Assembly: GCA_030433355.1 (NCBI GenBank)
Contig: JAUIMG010000004.1
Span: forward strand, 76,260-140,259
Source of the DNA: Bacteroidia bacterium
Lineage (GTDB): Bacteria; Bacteroidota; Bacteroidia; Flavobacteriales_E; Vicingaceae
DNA length: 64,000 bases
Direction: 5' to 3'
Under the pieces are notes generated by a model. That model saw only the letters and a program-made list of their open reading frames with translations, did no database searches and was not told the origin of the DNA. Below are positions 47,432-56,224 of the stretch, in pieces. The translations under genes were made by a program, and so were the position numbers. The first letter of the stretch is position 1. Each line of letters starts with the position of its first letter.

Positions 47432-48508
47432 TTACTTGTAGTTCCCTAATTTCTTAATTCGCTTAGCAATGCTTTCCAGTTCGGAGGCATCAAAAATGGG
47501 AGGAAGAAATGTTAAATACTTATTGAGTTCCTTCAGGTTTTTCACAGTTACGTAATCAAATTTCTCATGGGGTTTATTCTTAATCATTACCACTAGGTTT
47601 CTTACGGGAATTGTTCTTTTTCCCCAATGATGTATGAGTTTTAGTATGGAATTTTTCTTAGAATTAAGCATAGTAAAAAGGGCATATCCAGTTCTTTGCA
47701 CTTGTTGTACTGGAGAATAAGCATTTACATTAGCAATAGTAGTTTCACTCCAATTTTTGGTTTCTATTGCAAAAACACCTGCTCTGCAAAGCAATACATG
47801 ATCAATTTGTATGCTAAAGATTCTGTCTTTATCTTTTTTGTTGTAAATAGGAGGGTCGAATTTTACAGAGAAATCATTGAATAAGATGTATTCGTCCGAA
47901 AGCTTTTTTATTTCTTTCTGCACTAGGTTTTCTCCTTTAGCACCTTCAATTAAAGGGCCTAAATCATCTAAAATTGCTTTGGTAAACTGCAGTCTTTTAA
48001 GTTTTGGTTTAAGCCTATTGCGGATTATCTTCTCCCTGTTCTTTTCGAAGTAGTTAAACTTCTTTCTTCCTTTTAAGAACTGCCATTTTAAGTGTGCTAA
48101 GCTTAATGCTTTTAAGCTACTAAAACTCTTCTCCATAAGGTATATGTTAAAGCGGAGGAGGAGTGTGTAGCACCAATGGAAAAACTCTAAAAAATCATTT
48201 TTTATGTATTTCGATTCAAATACTGCCAGTCTTTTTCTTTTGGCTAGTAGTTTGCTTTCTACTTTCTCTTTTAAGCTACTACTTAAGTTTGCCATGCTTG
48301 TTTCAACTTTCTGAAGTTGGCTTTGCAGTTTAATGTATTCTTGGCAGTATTCCCTTTCCATCTCTTGCTGCAAGGTATTCAGGGTATGTGGGTATTTATC
48401 TTGAAATACTTCTATTTCTTGGATGGAGCTAAAATCATAAATCCCCTTCTTTAAAAGCGTTTCTTTTAATCTGCTTAAAGATTCTATTTGTCCGTAGACG
48501 ATGGCCAT
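47432..48508 (-). CDS. NERD domain protein with a long helical N-terminal region
   Basis: The C-terminal GAKGENLVQKEIKKL...IQIDHVLLCRAGVFAIETKNWS matches the NERD (nuclease-related domain) pattern. Confidence 0.7.
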   Translation of the reverse strand: MAIVYGQIESLSRLKETLLKKGIYDFSSIQEIEVFQDKYPHTLNTLQQEMEREYCQEYIKLQSQLQKVETSMANLSSSLKEKVESKLLAKRKRLAVFESKYIKNDFLEFFHWCYTLLLRFNIYLMEKSFSSLKALSLAHLKWQFLKGRKKFNYFEKNREKIIRNRLKPKLKRLQFTKAILDDLGPLIEGAKGENLVQKEIKKLSDEYILFNDFSVKFDPPIYNKKDKDRIFSIQIDHVLLCRAGVFAIETKNWSETTIANVNAYSPVQQVQRTGYALFTMLNSKKNSILKLIHHWGKRTIPVRNLVVMIKNKPHEKFDYVTVKNLKELNKYLTFLPPIFDASELESIAKRIKKLGNYK

Positions 48509-48756
48509 GCTATAGAATAAGGAGGTTTAGTTTTTCTAATTGGGAAATTACAAGTTCTTCACAAAAAAGGAGAAAGTCAATACTTAGAAATAGGTATTTT
48601 TTAGAGAAATAAAACCTAGAAGGAGCTATTATTGCCTAGGAAAGGCCATTTACCGCTCAAAGACTTTTATTTAATAAAATAAATGGATTGGTCTTAGGTA
48701 TCTCCGTGCAAGGCTCTCCAATCTTTAATTTTATCTTCAAGTTGTACAATTCTATT

Positions 48757-49044
48757 TTAAATTTTTTCCTCTTTGCGTTTCCATTTTTTTGTTGGAGCGG
48801 CTATCCACATAGGTAAACCGGGGATAATAGCGGGCCAAAATACTAGCGCACCAACTATGGTTAAACCAATGCCAACCCCTTTAAATCCTCTATTTGATTG
48901 TAGTTTTTGCTGCACAGCCAAAAGCTCAATTTTCAAATCGTCTCTTTCTTCTCTAAGTTCTTCTAATCTAGAATCGGGTCCTGCTTGAGCAAAGGAGCTA
49001 AAGGTAAAGTATAGTATAAGAATAAGGCTAAGGAGAAATTTCAT
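48757..49044 (-). CDS. Small secreted/membrane protein
   Basis: 95 aa with a signal peptide, a short coiled coil, a hydrophobic segment and a basic tail. Confidence 0.4.
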   Translation of the reverse strand: MKFLLSLILILYFTFSSFAQAGPDSRLEELREERDDLKIELLAVQQKLQSNRGFKGVGIGLTIVGALVFWPAIIPGLPMWIAAPTKKWKRKEEKI

Positions 49045-49142
49045 CCTAGGGGTTCAGATTAGTAATAGATAAATCGATTGCAATATCCTAAAGGATTTTT
49101 AGAAATCAAAATTATAGGATAGTGGGCGTAATACAGAGCGTT

Positions 49143-49676
49143 TCAATTAATAATTTCACATACGCAGCGCAAAGGAAACTTTCTTTTGGCATTTACTACA
49201 TCGTGGCTGTGTAGTTCGTTTTCTTTTCCAAAAGTATGCCAGTGGGTCACATGGCCATTTTCCATGGTTTCGTTTAGCCAAAAAGTATTTTGTTCTCCTT
49301 GCTTGGCCTGTTTGTCGTAGTCTATACGACCGCAAAGCAGAATATTCAAGGTATCGCTCAAATGTATTTTTCCTTTTTTATCGGCCTTGATCAATGCGCT
49401 TACTTCTTTTTCTGTTGGTAGTCTCCAACCCTTTGGACAAGCTTTTTTGGCATCTTCTACCAAATAAAATACACCGCAGCCTTGCGGAGACACAAGGGTG
49501 TCTTTGGCAGAAGGGGAGCGGTAGCGTAAGTTTTCGCCCAACCATTGTAACTCATGGAGTTGTACAATAGAGTATGTATTTCCATCTCTTTGGTCGGTAA
49601 AGCTTTTTGTCTTTTCTTCTGCCGTTGGGAAAAAGAGGATGAGAGAAATGAAATAGGAGATAAGGAAGTTATTCAT
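49143..49676 (-). CDS. FISUMP (Fibrobacter succinogenes major paralogous) domain protein
   Basis: FTDQRDGNTYSIVQL..LQWLGENL and GWRLPTEKE motifs. Confidence 0.7.
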   Translation of the reverse strand: MNNFLISYFISLILFFPTAEEKTKSFTDQRDGNTYSIVQLHELQWLGENLRYRSPSAKDTLVSPQGCGVFYLVEDAKKACPKGWRLPTEKEVSALIKADKKGKIHLSDTLNILLCGRIDYDKQAKQGEQNTFWLNETMENGHVTHWHTFGKENELHSHDVVNAKRKFPLRCVCEIIN

Positions 49677-49737
49677 GCTTTAAAGCTCTTAAAGAAAAAG
49701 GAGAAAGTCAAGAGCTGTAATCCGTTTTTCTTAGTCC

Positions 49738-50856
49738 TTAGCGTGCATAAACCTTTCTCCAGCTGCTCAAGGCAGGCCTTTCCTTGCCATCTTCATCCAA
49801 GAGGCCGCTATCGCGCCACAATTGTCCCAAGTCTTTGATGCTTGCCGGAAAAGTTTGCCAAAGGGCATCGTAGTCTCTGTGGCACCACCAAATAGTAAAG
49901 AGATAATTCTCTCGGTAGGCATTAAGCAGCAGTGTTTCTAGATAGTCTTTTTGCAAAGCTTGGTTAGCAAGAATGTTTAGATTCAAATTACTAACTACCA
50001 AATCCTCTGCAATTTGGGTAGTTTCTGCAAATGCCAAGGGCTTAGAAGTTTGACCATGTAAAAAGTCAAACGCTTTTTGAAAATCATCTACATTATCTAA
50101 CTGCTGAAAGAATGGGTAATAACTGATGGCCACAAAATCTTGGTTTTGGTTTACATAGGCCTGTATTTCACTCACCAAACTACTGTTTAAAGCGTTAGGA
50201 TTATACCAATTGTGTAAAGTCACCGATTCCGATAGTTGCACATTGGGGTGGGCCGTTTTAATGCGAGAGCGAACCTTGGTGATTAGTTTTTTATAGCCTT
50301 CCCACAGGCTTGGACTGTTGATCAACAGTTCGTTGGCTTCTATGGCCAATAATAGGTAGTCGGGCTGCAGCTCGCCAACAATGTAGTTAATATGACGCAC
50401 ATAGGCATCTTCTATGCTGCTTTGGTTGATGGAATCGTAGTTTGGCACCAAGCCATCAAAATCTTCGGCCAAATCGCTTCTTAAATTATTGAGCAAACTC
50501 ACCGAAACCAAAAGTTTGTTTTCTACAATCTTGCGGTTTTTACGCCCTAAGATATTATTGGTGAAGGCTGCAGGCAAGGCGGTATTATTGATCCAAGCAG
50601 ACCAAGGAATTTTATCGTCGATATGCTCTGCATAAATATCTCCTTCGGCTTGCAAAAATGCATAGGTGCTGTCTTGTGCGCCTAAAGTGGCCGCATATGG
50701 CCATGAGGTGAAGCCCATTTTAAAGTTGCGGTTTTCTATTTCATCTAAAACCGAATTGCTGCTAGGCGAATAGGGTGCAGGATCATTCCCTTCTTTTTCG
50801 CAAGCATAGAAGAGGGCAGTGAGTAAGAAAAGTAGATATATTGTTTTGGCTTTCAC
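49738..50856 (-). CDS. Lipoprotein, possible clan GH-A TIM-barrel glycoside-hydrolase-like protein
   Basis: Lipobox LFYAC, an LLLAIEANE (acid/base-like NE) motif and an LAFAETT (nucleophile-like E) motif. GTG start. Tentative. Confidence 0.4.
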   Translation of the reverse strand: MKAKTIYLLFLLTALFYACEKEGNDPAPYSPSSNSVLDEIENRNFKMGFTSWPYAATLGAQDSTYAFLQAEGDIYAEHIDDKIPWSAWINNTALPAAFTNNILGRKNRKIVENKLLVSVSLLNNLRSDLAEDFDGLVPNYDSINQSSIEDAYVRHINYIVGELQPDYLLLAIEANELLINSPSLWEGYKKLITKVRSRIKTAHPNVQLSESVTLHNWYNPNALNSSLVSEIQAYVNQNQDFVAISYYPFFQQLDNVDDFQKAFDFLHGQTSKPLAFAETTQIAEDLVVSNLNLNILANQALQKDYLETLLLNAYRENYLFTIWWCHRDYDALWQTFPASIKDLGQLWRDSGLLDEDGKERPALSSWRKVYAR

Positions 50857-50975
50857 TTAGGAAAGTTTCTCAAGATATTGGAGAAAGTCAATAGGTAGAT
50901 TACAGTATATTTTAATAAACAAAAGAGCCTCACATTACAAATCGCAATTTGAAAATTTAATATTTATACCACCTT

Positions 50976-51476
50976 TTAGTTATAATTGGCTTTAAATTCC
51001 CCATTTTTAACTTCCAAGGAGTCTATATTGTTAGAAGAATCTTCATAAAATGTCCCCTCAAAAGTCACTTCAAATCTCTTGTTTATTGTATCGTTTACTT
51101 TAATATCAGCCATCCCTTGATTAAAGATATAATAAACACTATCGTTCAATATATAGAAAATACGTGGTGAGAAAAATACTTCGGATTGAGTGAAATCAAT
51201 TGGATACAGATAAGTCATTGGAATTGAATTTTTTGTAAAAGACATCACTAGTTGAGGATAAGTATCGCTACTTGAACTTTTAGCAGTTATTTGTATTATA
51301 TCAAGTTCACCACCAGTACTTACCGAAGCAGCATTAAACTGCTTTCCTTCAATTTCTGCATAAATATAGAAGGCTCTATTATTCTTTAAAGTTGGCGAAT
51401 TTGAATCATCGTTTTCATTATCTTCACAACTAGGTAAAGCGATGAGTAGTAAAAGAAAAGGTAATAATTTTTTCAT
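50976..51476 (-). CDS. Hypothetical lipoprotein
   Basis: Signal peptide with lipobox LIALPSC. No recognisable domain. Confidence 0.5.
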   Translation of the reverse strand: MKKLLPFLLLLIALPSCEDNENDDSNSPTLKNNRAFYIYAEIEGKQFNAASVSTGGELDIIQITAKSSSSDTYPQLVMSFTKNSIPMTYLYPIDFTQSEVFFSPRIFYILNDSVYYIFNQGMADIKVNDTINKRFEVTFEGTFYEDSSNNIDSLEVKNGEFKANYN

Positions 51477-51821
51477 GATTAGTTTATTTTATAAAACAAT
51501 ATGATGAAAATATAGAGAACTTTTATAATTCACTATTTTTTTTGATTTTATAAAGTTTTTTTCCGAAACAATTGCTTGCAATAAGAAAGAAGAGGAGTAA
51601 AATAGAATTCTCCATTTAGCTTTATTAATTATTAAATGCCTTCAATTGAATTTATAAAGATTACAATATCTAAATAATAATGCGGAATATCAATACTTTT
51701 TAAAACTAAAGAGGCTTCCATTAATTTCTTTATAAATAGCTTTGAAGAAACCAAGATCTGTTATTGAAGCAGTAACTTTCATCAACTAAGGAAAAAACTA
51801 TTTTACAAAAAATACATAGAG

Positions 51822-52292
51822 ATGAAAAAGTCAATTTTTTACTTAAGCTTTATTTTTACCGTATTTATTTTTCAGAGCAATTTAGTAGTTGCACAAAACT
51901 ATGATTGGTTGCTAGAAAATGACAACTCCAAAGCATTTCATAAGAAAATGAAAAAATGGTTGAAGCTAGATTCTACAGATTTAGACCGCAATTTTTATAT
52001 CTCTGTCTACTGCTACAATCAAAGTGTTTCTTTATTAAATAATATAGATTACGATACCACCTCTTTAGATGATTTGAATAAGATTCAGGATAAGATCATG
52101 ACTTATATTGACATTTCTAAGGCGCATTTGGATAGAGTAGAAGACCCTGACTATAGAACTGCAGATCAATATGTAATGAAAAACTATATTTATTTTTCAA
52201 AGGATTATCAAGATAAAGCAGAGGAATACAAGGCAAAGCTAATGGCGTTAAATGAAGAAAAGCGCATCGCAAAACCAATTGCGGAAATGTAA
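51822..52292 (+). CDS. Hypothetical secreted protein
   Basis: Signal peptide and a helical protein. No recognisable domain. Confidence 0.45.
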   Translation: MKKSIFYLSFIFTVFIFQSNLVVAQNYDWLLENDNSKAFHKKMKKWLKLDSTDLDRNFYISVYCYNQSVSLLNNIDYDTTSLDDLNKIQDKIMTYIDISKAHLDRVEDPDYRTADQYVMKNYIYFSKDYQDKAEEYKAKLMALNEEKRIAKPIAEM

Positions 52293-52307
52293 AGAAAGCT
52301 GCTTTTC

Positions 52308-52697
52308 TTAGCGGGGCAAATCCAACTCATCTACCAAAACGCCATCGATAAAGACCAAGCGTCTTTTGATCCATTGTTTTTGGCCGTCAACAATGCCGGT
52401 GTTGAGCAATATGTTTATTTCTCCGCTGTACCAGCCTGCAAAAATGGCATCGGCATCTAAAAAGATATCCAACATGCCTATAAGCTTCATCTTGTGGTTA
52501 AAGCCTTTTAAGTCGGTAAGGTAAAGTTTGTTGTCTATAATTTCCCAAATGCCAATGTAGCCTCTTTCATTTTCAGAAGAGTAGGAAAGAAAGCGGTCGT
52601 CTATTTCATGAAACTCTAAATATGCAGCCAAAGGCTCTTCGTGGAAACTGCGTTTCTCGCCTTGGTAGTTTAAAAGTTCGGGAGTTTGTGTAGCCAT
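52308..52697 (-). CDS. Hypothetical cytoplasmic protein (129 aa)
   Basis: ORF only. Confidence 0.4.
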   Translation of the reverse strand: MATQTPELLNYQGEKRSFHEEPLAAYLEFHEIDDRFLSYSSENERGYIGIWEIIDNKLYLTDLKGFNHKMKLIGMLDIFLDADAIFAGWYSGEINILLNTGIVDGQKQWIKRRLVFIDGVLVDELDLPR

Positions 52698-52759
52698 TGT
52701 TTCAACAGAGCGTTTAGAATATGCCTGCGAAATTATTCATTCGCGCCTAAATCCCTTGC

Positions 52760-52981
52760 TTATTCCACTATTTCATAATCGATGCTCAGCTTTCGCAATG
52801 CTCTGTAGGCAGTAGCTGTGTTTCTATCTTCCACTTCAATCTCTATTTGGTCTCCTTCCAATAGCATTTCGGTAAAATCATTGGCCAAAGAAGTACTTAG
52901 GATGGCAATTTCTGTGAGACAATTTACAATGGCTCTTTTATCGGGCCTTTGGGCGCTGCAGCTGAGTAGGGTTATTTTCAT
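52760..52981 (-). CDS. Hypothetical small protein (73 aa)
   Basis: ORF only. Confidence 0.3.
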   Translation of the reverse strand: MKITLLSCSAQRPDKRAIVNCLTEIAILSTSLANDFTEMLLEGDQIEIEVEDRNTATAYRALRKLSIDYEIVE

Positions 52982-53042
52982 AATTATAGCTTCACAAGTT
53001 CTGCATCCTAAAGGAGAATAACAATAGCGGATTGAGATTATA

Positions 53043-53079
53043 ATTAAAAAGCCAAGCGAGTTTAGAAATGCTTGGCTTT
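53043..53079 (-). terminator. Rho-independent terminator downstream of the BlaR1-like gene
   Basis: Perfect 10-bp stem aaagccaagc/gcttggcttt, followed on the minus strand by a T5 run. Confidence 0.65.
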
Positions 53080-53119
53080 AGATGCTTTAATAGTATTTAA
53101 ATTATCTGCCTAGAATGCC

Positions 53120-54484
53120 TTATTCTTCCTCTACCTCTGAAGAGATTTCGTAAGGGAGATAATCTGCCGGATTTACATTTTCATTTTCTTTGATTACCTC
53201 ATAATGTAAGTGAATACTTAAGGACTTACCTGTTGAGCCAATAATTCCAATGATATCTCCTTGTTTTACTTGATCACCTGCTTTTACTTCAAGCTTAGAT
53301 AAATGCGCATACATGCTTTGGTAAGTATTGTTATGTTTTATTTTGATGTGATTACCATAGCCTTTGCTGAATTCTGCCAATTCTATAGTTCCATCGGCTG
53401 TAGCTAAAATTGGAGTTCCTTTTGCTGCTGTAAAATCAATTCCTGTATGCATTTTTTGTTCCTTGTTGATGGGATTAATTCTCATACCGTAAGGAGAGGC
53501 AATCTTTTCTAAATTCTCTTTTTTGATGGGAAGAATAGAAGGAATATCTGTCTTTTCCTTTTCAATGGCAAATATGGGAAGGTAAAGTACCTTATTCATT
53601 GGTGCAGGTTTAAATGCAGAGCTAATAATCACTGTAGTTGTAATTAGTACTGCTATCAATAAAGAAAAAATTCTTTTCATGGCTTTTGGTTTAGTTTGGT
53701 AAATCATTTTTATTCTGTTTTTAATGCTTAGGTATCCGAATTCACTTGTTAGTAGATTGCTACTTCCTCTTTCCATAAATTGCAGCAGGCTATTCAAATA
53801 GGAGCTTTCATTGCTTTCTTTGGCACTTGCAGCTTCATCGGCAAGAAATTCATGATTGCTTTTTATTTCTTTTTTAAACAGTTGGAGCAAGGGCTGAAAC
53901 CACAGCAAGCATTGTAGACTTTCAACCATAAGTATGTCTATACTATGTAGCTGCTCAAAATGTGTTTTCTCGTGGTGGAGTAGTGCGCTATTTTTACTCA
54001 CTTCTTCTACCAATTTTTCGGAAATAAATAGATAACCAAAAAAACTGAATGGATTGCTTTTGTAGGGAAGTAGTACTGTTTGCATGCCGTTTACCTTCGG
54101 ACCTTTTTGTTTAGTTAGTCTAAGCAAATGCAGCAAGTGTAAAGCAAAGCGTATAAATAAGGAAATGCTAATAATAGTGTAAAGTCCAAAGAGTAAGTAG
54201 TACCAAGAAAATGTAGTCGGTTTTTCGTTTGCAATTTGAATCTCTTCTCCTTTTTCAAGCAAAAACACTTGGTCTATTTTATCTACCTGCTTAAAAGTTT
54301 CTGCTACTACCGCATGGCTTGTACTAATTTCCATTTGCAAACTTGGAACTATAAGTGCTAGTAAGAGAGAAGCCAATAAGTAGAAACGATTAAACTGAAA
54401 AAGCTTCGTCTTAATTAGCAATAGCTTGTAAATACCTATTACTATGGCTAGAGCAGCAGTAGATTTTATTAAATAAAGAATCAT
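53120..54484 (-). CDS. BlaR1-type M56 peptidase membrane sensor fused to a C-terminal M23 peptidase domain
   Basis: M56 motif LLHHEKTHFEQLH (HExxH). M23 motifs HTGIDF and SIHLHYEV. Confidence 0.8.
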   Translation of the reverse strand: MILYLIKSTAALAIVIGIYKLLLIKTKLFQFNRFYLLASLLLALIVPSLQMEISTSHAVVAETFKQVDKIDQVFLLEKGEEIQIANEKPTTFSWYYLLFGLYTIISISLFIRFALHLLHLLRLTKQKGPKVNGMQTVLLPYKSNPFSFFGYLFISEKLVEEVSKNSALLHHEKTHFEQLHSIDILMVESLQCLLWFQPLLQLFKKEIKSNHEFLADEAASAKESNESSYLNSLLQFMERGSSNLLTSEFGYLSIKNRIKMIYQTKPKAMKRIFSLLIAVLITTTVIISSAFKPAPMNKVLYLPIFAIEKEKTDIPSILPIKKENLEKIASPYGMRINPINKEQKMHTGIDFTAAKGTPILATADGTIELAEFSKGYGNHIKIKHNNTYQSMYAHLSKLEVKAGDQVKQGDIIGIIGSTGKSLSIHLHYEVIKENENVNPADYLPYEISSEVEEE

Positions 54485-54861
54485 GATTTCTTGTTTTTCT
54501 TCTCAATTTGTCTGTTTACCATACTTTGCAGTTCTTCTAATTGCTCTATGCTTAAGTCTGTATTTTCGGTAAAGAAAGAAGCAAATTGTGCGGTAGAATT
54601 TTCGAAATAGTTGCTAATCATTTTCTTAAACTCTGAAGAGAAATAAGCAGGCTTTTTAAGTAATGGGTAGTACTCCTTATCTCTTCCATTCATTTTAAAG
54701 CCTACATGCTTTTTAGTGATGAGTCGGTTGATAAGGGTAGATATGGTAGTATATGCAGGCTTAGGTTCTTCAAACTGATCGACTATGTCTTTTAGGTAAC
54801 CCTTCTTTATATTCCAAAGGTGATTCATCAATTGCAATTCCTTTTCACTTAAATTCTTCAT
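54481..54861 (-). CDS. BlaI/MecI/CopY family transcriptional repressor
   Basis: Winged-helix N-terminus MKNLSEKELQLMNHLW. Start moved to the internal Met because the track's N-terminal extension covers the candidate operator. 4-nt overlap with the sensor gene. Confidence 0.8.
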   Translation of the reverse strand: MKNLSEKELQLMNHLWNIKKGYLKDIVDQFEEPKPAYTTISTLINRLITKKHVGFKMNGRDKEYYPLLKKPAYFSSEFKKMISNYFENSTAQFASFFTENTDLSIEQLEELQSMVNRQIEKKNKKS

Positions 54862-54880
54862 TACTATAATTGTCATTTTG

Positions 54881-54898
54881 TTACTACAAAAGTAGTAA
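54881..54898. promoter_or_regulatory. Dyad TTACTAC-AAAA-GTAGTAA, candidate BlaI operator
   Basis: Perfect 7-bp inverted repeat with a 4-nt spacer, 20 nt upstream of the preferred blaI start. Confidence 0.5.
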
Positions 54899-54963
54899 TA
54901 AAATTTAAATAACAAAACTAGCTTATATTTTTTATTGAATACTATCCATCCTAGGTAATTCCT

Positions 54964-56072
54964 TTAGTGCACTACCATAAAGCGTTTACTCTGCACACCT
55001 TTGGAATTGCTAATTTTTAGGAAGTAGGCGCCATTAGGCAATGCAGAAACATCGATACTACTTGGTACTTCTTCTTTGTCCCAAAGTAAACGGCCTTGGC
55101 TGTTAAAGATTTGGATTCTAGATAAAATTGGATTTTCTATTTCCATAAATAGAAGCTCCTTGCTTGGATTAGGATACAGGGTAAGCTCTTTTTCTTTGGC
55201 GATCTCTTTCTCTAAGGAGGTCACCAAGCCCGAATTGAAGAAGTTCCATATCTCTACCGAGGGGTCTATATCGTTATTGATAGATCCCAAGGCATTACAA
55301 ACCACTGGTGGAGCAGTACAACGGCCGGTGTTTGGCACATTGTGTCCGCCATTTATTATCAGATACTCTACAAAAGCTCCTCGGCTGCCACAGCTGTTGT
55401 AGGTTCTTTTTTCTACCCAAGAGCCATCGGCAGGATCTAAATCCGCTAAAGTATCTGCTACATAGCTGCTGCTGCACGCATTGATGTTGAGCCAATTGCC
55501 TCTAATGGAAGCCCAAGTTGGAAATACATTTGGTATACCATTGATTCTGCTAATGGTATCGCGATTGCCTAAGATAGAGAGCATGGCACACTGCTTGTTG
55601 GCGGCAAAGAATCGAAACCGATAATATTGGCCATGGCCGTAAATCGATTTCCTATAGCTGCTCCCAATTTCATTGTCATAAAGGCACCACTAGAAACTCC
55701 CATGCAGTAAATTTTAGTACTATCGATATTGTAGTTGGCCTGCACAGAGTCTAACACCCTGGAAATAAAAGTAACATCGTCAAAGTCGCCGCCGATGATA
55801 CCGGCATTCCAACCAATTCCTGTGTTTGGTAAGAAAAACAAAGGTTTGAAGTTCCAACGGCAGGTGTCGCCCAATGGATAAACAATAATCACATTATTGG
55901 CCTCTGCAATTGAATCTATGCTTAGGGTAGTTCGGTATTGGGTGATAGATTCGAAATAGGCATGTAGATTGACAATTAGTGGAGTTGGCGTAGTTCCATT
56001 ATATCCACTTGGTGTGGCTATGGTGTAGTATCGGACTTCATCTGCCATCGTTGTATCTATGGGGCTCATCAA
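54964..56072 (-). pseudogene. Frameshifted PHB-depolymerase-family esterase with a T9SS C-terminal sorting domain
   Basis: Two overlapping ORFs (55569-56072 and 54964-55584) together give an esterase (YCMGVSSGAFM serine motif) plus Por_Secre_tail (LTLYPNPSKE...GAYFLKISN). The frame switches near 55600-55630. Confidence 0.65.
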
Positions 56073-56224
56073 AAAAGACCTCGTGGTATTGCTTTGTTGG
56101 GCGTAAATAATGGATAAACAGATCGTAAATGTGCTAAGAAGAAGTAGTTTTTTAATGCTTTTTTGTTCTAGAATACAAAATACAAAAAAATAGGAGATAG
56201 AAAAATGGGCTTATTTACGACCGT

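Noticed and set aside
35887-48508. Annotating the defence island as an integrative mobile element, prophage or ICE.
   Set aside because: I found no integrase, transposase, excisionase, conjugation or phage structural gene, no tRNA, and no flanking direct repeats around this block. Only compositional and functional evidence supports it.
54862-54915. N-terminal extension (MLFKFYYYFCSNKMTIIV) of the BlaI ORF.
   Set aside because: It covers the perfect dyad at 54881-54898 that is most simply the operator. BlaI-family proteins begin close to the MKNLSEKELQLM-type helix.
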